The position numbers and the translations under genes are program-made. This document shows positions 22,522-32,479 of a DNA stretch of 64,000 nt, piece after piece (position 1 is the stretch's first letter; each line of letters starts with the position of its first letter). The stretch lies in assembly GCA_001179505.1 (NCBI GenBank), contig CDMY01000510.1, positions 62,001 through 126,000 on the forward strand, read 5' to 3'. The notes under the pieces were generated by a model, which was given only the letters and a program-made list of their open reading frames with translations, was not told the DNA's origin and made no database searches. Source of the DNA: Vitrella brassicaformis CCMP3155 (lineage: Eukaryota > Protista > Chromerida).

Positions 22522-22618
22522 CTCTTTAATGACCTGATGGATGGCTGATTGAACGGTGAATGGAATGACTCTTTAATGACCTGATGGATGGCTGATTGAA
22601 CGGTGAATGGAATGACTC
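22522..22618. repeat. Perfect 47-bp tandem duplication
   Basis: ctctttaatgacctgatggatggctgattgaacggtgaatggaatga occurs at 22522 and 22569, followed by a partial ctc. It lies between the convergent RPL27 and phnX 3' ends. Confidence 0.95.
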
Positions 22619-22964
22619 GAGTACACTGAACCGTGTTCATGCTCACACTAGAGAGAGGCACTTGCCGCACAGCCGAGCTGGTCACTCACGGGGAGAACGT
22701 ATCTGTCCTGTGTTGTGCCGCCAACACAACACAACACAGCACAGCACAACACAACACAGCACAGCACAGCACAGCTCAGCCAGGAGTATGGGCTTACCAC
22801 ACACATCCCTACCTACAGAAGCCCGCCAGTGCACTCAGCCCATCAACAAACGCTATACACCTATCTATCCCAGGGCCCTACACAACGTACGTAATGTACA
22901 CCAACGGCACAGCCATGTCAGTCAGTGTGGTCCCGCTACAGACAAGGCCCCATCCATCATCAAA

Positions 22965-23832
22965 TCAAGGCCTCTCCTGCTTGGCCAGTCTGGCGTTGAT
23001 GTCTTCAATCACCAGGGGCACATCAGCGAGTGTGTCGACCACATAATGAGCACCAGACTCGCCAACAAGCTTGTCGCGGCTCGCCTGCAGCAACCAATCC
23101 AATGTATCTATCGGCGTGGCGGAGAGCGGGGCATCCCATCCACTCTGTCTGTCTGCGCGAGTGAGGCTGGCTACCTGCTCTCTGCGCGTCTGTTCCTCTT
23201 GTCCGAGTGCCTCCCACTGGTCGATAGAGTCCACGTCCATGTGTGTGCTGTAGCGGCTCACAGCGACCGTCCAGCATCCTGCACACGCACACACACCCAT
23301 CCATCCATCCAAAGACATGATGGGGGTAGGGTGTCCTCAGTCAGAGTATACCATACCTGCGTTCAGGCCCTCCGCAATGCCCATGACGCTGTCGTCGATT
23401 TTCACGACACTCTGCACATAGGGTATCTGCAAACAGACAGACAAACAGACAGACAGACAGTAGACGTCATGTCATGCAGCCGTGCAGTGCACGAGCCAGA
23501 CAGACACACCTGGAGGTTTCTCATGTTTTGGTAGATCATGAAAGGCTGTGTCCGCGACCCAAAGCTGCCCTCCAAGTCGTCACCCGCCACGAACGAGTCG
23601 CTCACGAACCCCTGGGTGGCCGCCTCCTTGAGCGATGCATCCAGCAGCGAACGACCCAAACCTGCACACACACACACACACACACAGAGGCCATCTTCCT
23701 TGTGCGTGTCCCCCAAGAGTTTTCGACATGCACCTACCAGTGGTGCCTGCAATCTTGCATCCCATCTTCCGGATCTTCTCGACGGCGTCGACGCACTCGG
23801 GCACCAAGGACGAATAAGCAGACACCATCTAA

Positions 23833-23864
<32 letters not shown>

Positions 23865-24450
23865 AGACACAGAGTGTCGGTGGCCAGCTGTCCGTCCCTC
23901 CCTCCCTCCCTCCCTCACTCACGTCGCTTTGTCTGCCGACAAATGCCTCATGCAGCATTTCCACATCCGCCGGGTTCGGCTCGTGGCCCCGCGCCTCCAT
24001 GAACCGACGGCGCACCTGCACGCCTCCATTGCAATGGACAGACACAACCACACACACAATCTGCTGCTCGCTCGTCGTTGGTGCGCACCTCCGGGATTTC
24101 GAGGATGGCCCGTATGTGGAAGTAGTTCTTGAGTGCAGGCGGGGCGCGGGCATCACTCATGGTGATCTGCACACCAGATGCTGCGAACACCTGCAGGCAC
24201 CCAACAGATCACAACAGACAGAGGCATGCAACGGACGAGCGGATGAAATGGGTGGGATAGGAGTGTGTTTCTGGTGCTGCTGATCTACCTCGACGAAGGC
24301 CTTGTGCACCGCGAGGCTGTAGGGGTCTGCCACCGTGCCGCTGAAGTCGAGTATCGCCATCTTGACCTTCGTGGCGTGGCATCTTGGTGCCAATCGGATC
24401 AGCTGATGGGCTCCTCTCTCCGCACACCGACGCAATGAGGCGAAAACCAT
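22965..24450 (-). CDS. phnX: Phosphonoacetaldehyde hydrolase (phosphonatase)-like HAD enzyme, multi-exon, with an Arg-rich N-terminal presequence
   Basis: HAD motif I ILDFSGTVAD; cap domain GVQITMSDARAP...HIRAIL; KIAGTTG|F; SRTQPFMIYQNM; VVKIDDSVMGIAEGLNAG..WTVAV; C-terminus SGAHYVVDTLADVPLVIEDINARL. These follow the PhnX motif order. Confidence 0.85.
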
Positions 24451-24479
24451 GATTTCGAGAGGTGACCGGTGCCTTTCGA

Positions 24480-24601
24480 GGAATGCGACAGCACGGCTCC
24501 GCCGACCTGACTGAATGGCAAACAAAACTTCTGGGACTTTCTTCAGCTCGCATTTTCCTTTGCCATTCAGTCAGGTCCATGGAGCCGTGCTGTCGCATTC
24601 C
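24480..24601. repeat. 122-bp inverted repeat (43-bp arms, 40 paired, ~36-nt loop)
   Basis: 24480-24500 ggaatgcgacagcacggctcc is the exact reverse complement of 24581-24601. 24504-24522 gacctgactgaatggcaaa is the exact reverse complement of 24559-24577. A 3x3 mismatch separates the two paired blocks. Confidence 0.95.
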
Positions 24602-24849
24602 AGACTTGTGGCATAAGCCACGAGATCTGCGCTGGAGGAGCTTCTTCGTTGAGCTAGCATCCGTCGCTCGAGATCAGCTGTTCCCGACGAAGAGAACACC
24701 TGCATAACAGCTACCGACCGATACGAGCAGACGCCTGTGACGCAGATCCACGAGCTGGTTGCTTTGGATCTCGCCTCTGTCGGTGACTCGACTGAGTGGC
24801 GAGGCGGTTCTCACTCACTCACTGCAGGCCAGGCACCACATAACATAAC

Positions 24850-25457
24850 ATGACGTCCATTCTGCAGCCGTCCATTGACCGTAAGCACAGAACACGCCAG
24901 ACGGCAGATAGATGCCATAGCAAGGAAGGATGCACACAGCCACAAACACAAACAGACCTCTGGCGTGTCGTCCATATGGCCTCTCTCTCTCTCTCTCTCT
25001 CTCTCATGACGTGTGTGTGTATGATCAGAGAGGATAGCGGTGGTGACCAACGACGGCCGGCTGTTTGTAGGGACTTTGCGTGGGTTCGACCAGACGACCA
25101 ATGTCATCCTGCAGGACGCCAGCGAGCGGGTCTACAGCCAGGATCAGGGGGTCGAGGAGATACAGCTGGGGCTATACGTCGTCAGGGGAGACAACATGTA
25201 TGTCTGTCAGCCTGGGAAGGCACCTGTGTGTGGGAGGGATGGACCTCTGTGTGTGTGTGTGTGTGTGTTGTGTGTGCAGTGCGATAATCGGTGAGATCGA
25301 TGACGTGATCGATTCCGAGATTGACCACACCACCATCAGGGCAGCGCCGCTCAAACCGGTAAGGAAGCAATGCAATGCAGACAATCGCCACACACAAGTG
25401 CATTGCGTCTTGTGTGTGTGGGTGTGGGTGTGGGTGTGTGTGCAGGTGGTGCACTGA
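24850..25457 (+). CDS. LSM8: U6 snRNA-associated Sm-like protein LSm8, 4 exons
   Basis: MTSILQPSID|QRIAVVTNDGRLFVGTLRGFDQTTNVILQDASERVYSQDQGVEEIQLGLYVVRGDNI|AIIGEIDDVIDSEIDHTTIRAAPLKP|VVH, with LSm8-diagnostic GFDQ and LGLY.VRGDN...IGEID. Confidence 0.95.
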
Positions 25458-25523
25458 TGGCTTCTGTGCAGACCCCTCCCCCCCTCCCCCCCTCCCTCCC
25501 TCCCTCCCCCCGTCCCATCCGCC

Positions 25524-25823
25524 NNNNNNNNNNNNNNNNNNNNNNNNNNNNNNNNNNNNNNNNNNNNNNNNNNNNNNNNNNNNNNNNNNNNNNNNNNNNN
25601 NNNNNNNNNNNNNNNNNNNNNNNNNNNNNNNNNNNNNNNNNNNNNNNNNNNNNNNNNNNNNNNNNNNNNNNNNNNNNNNNNNNNNNNNNNNNNNNNNNNN
25701 NNNNNNNNNNNNNNNNNNNNNNNNNNNNNNNNNNNNNNNNNNNNNNNNNNNNNNNNNNNNNNNNNNNNNNNNNNNNNNNNNNNNNNNNNNNNNNNNNNNN
25801 NNNNNNNNNNNNNNNNNNNNNNN
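25524..25823. other. Assembly gap (300 N). Equal-sized gaps at 26607-26906, 50398-50697, 51727-52026, 57392-57691 and 58582-58881
   Basis: Runs of N of uniform placeholder length, mostly abutting G- or C-rich tracts. Confidence 0.99.
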
Positions 25824-28075
25824 CCCTCCCTCCCCCCGTCCCATCCGCCCACACACCCGCCCCCCTGGCCCCCTTGGCGGCGGAGCAAGAAGCCTCTGTG
25901 TGCCCTTGCACTGCCTGCCGGTGTCTGTCGATAGTCCTGTGCTGTGTCTGTCTGTGCGTCGACTGATGGATGATGGTGCGCCCGCTTAGGTAGCTGTGAT
26001 TTGTTTGTGCAGACGGTGTGGTGTATTCGCCTGACGAACGGCCGGAAGGGTCGTGTGTGTACACGTGTGTTTGATGCCCGTTGGTGGCTTCGGCGGGCAG
26101 TTTAATGCAGCGCGTGGTTGTGGCATGTGTCCTTGTACCCTCCCTGCAGCATCCATCACCCGTCTTAGCGCTAACTACTTGAAGAAAGAAGGTGTCTTAT
26201 CAGCCGAATTTCAGACCAACAAACACTCACTCCATAAACACTGACTGCACTGACTAGACAACAACCGCACCGCGCACAGACAACACATACACCCACCCCC
26301 GGCACATCACACCACACAGACAAACAGACAGACAGACAGACAGAAGAGCACAGCACAGCCACGGTTGGATGGATGGATGGATGGATGGATGGAGGCATGG
26401 ATGGAGGAGGCATGGACTTACCAGTACTCAGTATTTACTTACCACTAGGTCTCACTGTCTCACAGTCAGTAAGCTAAGCTACACCAGACAGACAGCCCTC
26501 ACTCTCACTCAATCATCAATCAAACGCTAATGTTAAATGCTCATTGTCTTCCCCTCGCCCCCTCCCTCCCTCCCTCCCTCCCCACACACACATGAACGCA
26601 TCAACANNNNNNNNNNNNNNNNNNNNNNNNNNNNNNNNNNNNNNNNNNNNNNNNNNNNNNNNNNNNNNNNNNNNNNNNNNNNNNNNNNNNNNNNNNNNNN
26701 NNNNNNNNNNNNNNNNNNNNNNNNNNNNNNNNNNNNNNNNNNNNNNNNNNNNNNNNNNNNNNNNNNNNNNNNNNNNNNNNNNNNNNNNNNNNNNNNNNNN
26801 NNNNNNNNNNNNNNNNNNNNNNNNNNNNNNNNNNNNNNNNNNNNNNNNNNNNNNNNNNNNNNNNNNNNNNNNNNNNNNNNNNNNNNNNNNNNNNNNNNNN
26901 NNNNNNACACAAAAATAGCTACAACACTTGCTTAGACTGACACTGGCTAATGGGTGGTGGTGTTGGCTCATTGCCTCAGGGTAATGACATATGACATTGG
27001 CCGCAGGATGTCACGAAACGTGAAAGAGAAAGAGAGAGAGGGTGTGGGGTGGGGCAGGGCGGGACGCACACGCACACGCACATGTGCCCCTTTGCTTTGC
27101 TCGTGCAGGTCAGGTGTCACAAGCAGGGGCAGTGTGTGTGTGTGTGTGTGAGCGTCCCGCCAATTAGGCTGCTCGACGCAGATGGGTGTCGTGTTGTGAT
27201 GTGTGTCTATGTCTGTCTGTCTGTCTGGGGGATGGGTGGCTCATAAAACGCGACGCGCGTGGCCGTTCCAAGGAAGGGTACCTACCTATGACCTATGATG
27301 AAGATCTACACATGTGCAACACACACACACACACACCCCCACACACACACACGCAATGATTGACAGGAGATAGTATGACTGAAAACCAGTTCAACCCGTT
27401 GATGCGATCGGTATGTTTGTGTTAAGGAGGACAACGACACACACCCACCCACACCCACCCAGAGCATCATCGACAAAGGACAGGAGGAAATGGCGGACGA
27501 GTGAGGATCTCGCTGCTATTGCTACGGCTGTCTACTCGTCCACATCTCTCCCCTCCCCTCTCCCCCACACCAACACGCATCAGCATCATCCCCATGATCC
27601 CACACCCTCCGACACACACACACAAATGGATGGATGGATGGATGACCGAGAAATCAAACACGAGTGGTTCTTTGCCCCGTCTGGCCATCTCATCTCATCT
27701 CATCGGTGGGGGCAGTGCACCCCCTAGCAGTTAGTTACACACAAACACACACATGAACACACGCATCCATCCACACAGACCACAGTACACCACACCCACC
27801 TTGCCGCTATGCTACTCGCCTGTTCACAACTCACTCGTTCGTTCGTTCGTTCGTTCGTCCATCCATTCACTTCTTCAAAAACAAGTGAATGCCCGTCGGC
27901 ACACGGCACAACACGACACGACACGACACACACCATACCACATGAACACATCAAGACGCTCTCGGGCACCCATCCCAATCTATCCACACCCCTCCCAGGT
28001 TCAGAAACAGAGAAACAGTTGGTTGTCCCTCCCCTCCTCTCCGCTCCCCTCCACATGCACACGCACACGCACTGA

Positions 28076-30039
28076 CTACACCTCATGCGCCTCCATTGCC
28101 CGTGTCACCCCCAGGTTGATCGTCAGCTCAGTAGCCGCAGAGGCAGGGGGTGGGGTCGGGGGGGCCGAGGGCACCGCTGTACACGCCTCCGGCCCTGCCC
28201 CCGACGCCCCCTGCTGCTGCTGCTGCTGCTCATGGGTGGTGGTCGGCGGGTCCGGCTCGCTCGACGGCTCCTCCATGTCTACTGCGTTGTCCGCACCAGC
28301 CCTCTCCTTCTCATTATTCCTCGGTTGCGCGATGCCATTGGAGTTCTGCCTTTGCTGATTTTGCTGATTCTGCTGCTGGTTCTGGTTCTGTTCGGGGGTT
28401 GGCGGAGGCGCCCGTGTGGTGGACTTCTTCCGCCAACACATCAGCCCGCGGCAGCCGCCCCGCTTCCGCCTCCGCCACACGAAGATCCCAATGAAGGCCC
28501 CCAGGAGCAGCAGCGTCACGGCCGACAGCACAAGCGCCAACACGCGGTACAGCAGGAAGGCCCCGCGCTTCTTGCCACGCGGCTCGTCCACCCGCACCCC
28601 CGACTGTCTTGCCGAGGGGTCCGCCACCAGACGGAGAGAGTCGGGGTCGGACTGGCCGTTGCCGGCGGCGAGCGACGCGTTGGGTGGGCAGTCGGCTTCT
28701 TCCAGCTCGTTAGGGAAGCCGACGTGGAAGCGGGGCGAGCGGACCGAGCGGAAAGGGGCTGCCAGCTGCTCCACGACGACGAAAAAAGTTTGGGTCTCTG
28801 AAATGAATGCCATACAATGACGTGACGGGAGAGAGGTGTGGTGTGGTGTGGTCTGTGGCCCACACACCTCCGCAGCTGTTGGCATTGACGTATTCCTTGA
28901 GGGTGAGGTCGAGGCCGCCTTTGTTGGGCCACACCTGCGCGGTGAGGGGCTTCTCGGACGTGTCCTCGGTCACCTCCCACAGCTGCAGCAAGATTGACCC
29001 TTGGTAGCCTGCGAACACACACATACCATACATGCGAAGCGCCCACAAATTCGCGACCATCGATGCTCCCCTCTGTGTGCGGCTGGCTGTTCTCACCGCC
29101 GTCAGTGCGCCACCTAACGGGCACTCGCTGGTTGAGGGAATAAGTGGTCTCAGCAGGGGCGGTCATTCGTATGCCCCTCCGCAGCCCGCCTCCCTGGCTG
29201 ATGCCCGTCTGCACAGCCGACTTCTCATCCTCAGTCGACGGCCCCTCCCACTCCCGCGAAGGGCTGTGCACACCGGGGTAAATCTCATAGAAGTTCTTGA
29301 CCGTGCTGCCCGCAGGCTTGTCGCCACCGACACCACTGTCGCCACCATCACCACCACCACCGGCCGTCTTGCCTGCCCCTGGCTGGCCTTCCTCTCCTTC
29401 CGACGCGACGCTGTTCATGTGAATGTCGGCGTCATCGGCGTCGTCACCCTCGTGTGGTGGTGGTGGTGGTGGCTTCTTGTCGGAGGGATTCGACTCTATG
29501 CGGAAGGGTCGGGAGGTGAGCTCCTTGGACCGGCTGTTGGTCACGGGCACGCTCTTGCCGCCGTACTTTGAGAAGTCGGCGTTGGTCACAATGATGATGA
29601 ACTCGCCCTCGTCGACCGTCGCAGTCACCACGAGCTCCTCCTCGCCGTCATTGTCGCTCTCAATCCGCAGCACGTGGGGCACAAACCGGATGGCCTTGAG
29701 CAGGTCATTGCCCTCCTGCTTCTGCGCCTCCTCCGGCTCGAAGGGGAGGCGGTCCGCCCGCACCACCAGGATGGTGATCTTGTCGCCCTTGTTGAACTTG
29801 GTGGCGTCCCAGTGGATCATGAACACCGTCCCAGGCATGAGCACGTTAGAGCCGTCCCGCGCCGGCAGGTCGATGTGCACCTCTTCTGGCAGCTGAGGGG
29901 TGGGGATCTGCAGGCCCTCATCGGCAGCGGGCGCAACGCTGACGCCCTCAGAGCCTTGGCAGCGGTGGATGGGCAGCCCGGAGAGAAGCAGCCCAGTGAG
30001 GATAAGAAGGCGGCGCAAGGACAGGAGTTGAGATGTCAT
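28076..30039 (-). CDS. Type I single-pass surface protein with two Kre9/KNH-like (Ig-like beta-sandwich) extracellular domains
   Basis: Signal peptide LLILTGLLLSGLPIHRCQG. Domain 1 PGTVFMIHWD...KITILVV...GEFIIIV...SRPFRI. Domain 2 APAETTYSLNQRVPVRWRTDG|YQGSILLQLW...FFVVVEQ...SPRFHV. TM helix VLALVLSAVTLLLLGAFIGIFVW followed by stop-transfer RRRKR and a Q/P-rich tail. Confidence 0.75.
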
Positions 30040-30280
30040 GACGCACGCACGTTCGTTGGCAGGCAGAGAACCGAACGACGCTGTGTAGGCAAGTCTCTCT
30101 CGTCAGTTCAGCAGTCCTCCAGTAGCGTTAAGGCTTTGGGTGACGGGGGTGCGGGCGAGACAATGAGAGGTCAGGACGGTGGGCGGCTGTCTTTCGAGGT
30201 TGCCAGTCATCATCAAACCGGGAAGGGAGGGAGAGAGAAGACGGTTTCACGCAGTGTCCTAAGCGGCCGAAAGCTGGCAC

Positions 30281-32121
30281 ATGCGCATCGCCGCAACTTT
30301 CCCCTTGGCCCTCGCGTTTGTCTCGTCCTCAACCGCCTTCGTTACTCCGCTGACTCGGCATTGGTTGCGTCCACGAAGGAAGGCTCAGCAGATCTCGGCG
30401 CAGTCGGCTGAGATGAGTGGCGCAGAGATGAGCGACGTCAAAGATCTGGCTGTCAAAGCTGGCAGAGGTAGTCCAAACCACATGCAGTGCAGCACACGCA
30501 CGCACACTGAACAACGTGGCATTCTGTTGTGTGTTGCCCTCTACTGTGCTGTGCCTTGCAGATATCAGCGGCGCCTGGGTCTCAGCCATCGCCTACATGG
30601 GCGACCAGCTCGGCCTCTTCAGGTGGGTCAGAAGCAAGGCAACCACAGGATTTTATTCGCGCCATGCGTGTGTTGGCCTTAGGAAGCTTGCCGAGGCGCC
30701 CAACAACGGCGAGGGTCGCGGCGTGACATCCGCTGAGCTGTCAAAGAGCCTCCAGCTCAACGAGCGATACGTTCGCGAGTGGCTCCATGCAATGGTCGGC
30801 CAGCCTCACGAGTCACTTTCCTTGCAGACTGTCTGTCGGTCTGTCTCTTTGTCTGTCTGTCTGTCTGTCTGTCAGGTGGCGGCCGAGTACATCGAGTGTG
30901 AGCTGGTCGATTCCTACGTCGACAGGGGGGAGGGGACTCAAGAGGGAAAGAGGAAGTTCTTCATGACCGGGGCACAGAGAGCGGTAGGCTCAACAGGCCG
31001 GGGAAGGACCGACACACCGCACCCGGGGGATCGATGTGTATATGCGTCTGTCTGTCTGTCTGTCTGTGTGCCAGGTGTTTGCTGCCGACGAGAGCCCTTT
31101 TGCAATGAATGGCTACTTTGAGTTCACTCTGGGCTCATTTCGCAGCATCCCTGTACGCGAGCAGGAATGTTGGGAACCGCAACGGCACTGTCTATTTCTC
31201 GTTATTCTGTGTACCGTGAATCATTCAGGAGGTGATGCGGTGCTTTCGTGATGGCGGCGGGGTCCCTTTCTCGGCTCTCGGCCCCGACGTGTCGCACGGC
31301 ATCCACCGCATGCACGTGCCCCTGTTCGTGCACCAGATGCCCAGCTGGTTCGCAAACCACCCCTCGCTGCACGATAAGATGACAAGGGGCATCCGCTTTC
31401 TCGACATTGGCGTCGGCTCCGGGCTGTCGACCATCGAGCTGGTCAGCCAGTCAGTCAGCCAATTCAGCTCATGAGGGGCCGGCACACGTCTGTCGTCATG
31501 CACGTGTGTCTTCTTCTTTCTCTGTCAGGCCCGTCGGTATCCGCGCACGACCTTCGTGGGGCTCGACCCTGATGCCGTGTCAATCGAACGTGCTCGTAAG
31601 GCGGCGCCTCCGCATTTGACCAACCTGGATTTCGTCCAATCGACAATTGAAGGCCTGCCCAGCCACCCGCAGCAGGTCTTTTTCCACGGGCGGCACTCTT
31701 TTGACGCCGCCTTCTGCTTCGACGTACGTGAGCTGCCTTGTATGTGTCTGTAATGCAGCACAGACATAGAGAGTATGTGTGTTTGTCCTTCACGCAGGTG
31801 GTGCACGACCTGAAGGACCCCGTGGCTGCCCTGTCGACCATCCGGTCGCTGCTCAAGCCTGACGGCGAGCTGCTGTGGTCGGAGCCCGCCGGGTCCGTCG
31901 ACCCGGTGGAGAATCGCAGCACCAAGCGGCGCACGAGGCAGGCACTCTCGATCCTCCACTGCATGACGGTGTCCATGGCGGAGGGGGGGGAGGGGCTGGG
32001 CACTCTCATAGGTAAGGAGAGGGCGGAGCGGCTGGCGAGAGAGGCGTCGTTCAGCACTTTCCAGCTAGTTCACGACATCAGTTCTGAGGACGGTCAGTAC
32101 TTTTATCGACTGCTGCCGTGA
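30281..32121 (+). CDS. SAM-dependent methyltransferase with N-terminal wHTH (Rv2258c-like), predicted plastid-targeted
   Basis: Signal+Phe transit start MRIAATFPLALAFVSSSTA-FVTP. wHTH motifs AYMGDQLGLF and TSAELSKSLQLNERYVREWL. SAM motif I FLDIGVGSG, then FD|VVHDLKDP, LLKPDG and SILHCMTVSMAEGGEGLGTL. Confidence 0.85.
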
Positions 32122-32479
32122 CGGGCGTTTAAAGTGAGTGTAGTAAGGGGCTGCGTGTGCAGTTGATTCCCAGTTGATTCATTGATGTTTTCTATGTTGA
32201 TTGGATGGCTGTGTGGCGAGGGTCGCTGTTGGTGTGCATGTGTGAAGTTTTGTGTAATGGCCACTCATGGCTACTCATGGCTTGACTCCAAGTGTGCGAA
32301 GCAGGAAGCAACCGGGGGAGCAGCATCGTACACAAAATTTCGTTGCATGCACGGCACGGCTGTGTGTGTTTGTACGTACTGTACCTTTTGGAGGCTCTCA
32401 TTCATAGCACTAGAGCTTTACCGATCGCCCGCAGAAAAGTTTTCGTTGTGATCTGGAAATTGGCGGCTGACTCTCGAAA

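Noticed and set aside
25498-25849. Identical 26-bp sequence (ccctccctccccccgtcccatccgcc) on both sides of the first gap, suggesting a direct repeat or target-site duplication
   Set aside because: It is typical of overlapping contig ends joined by a placeholder gap, so likely an assembly artefact.
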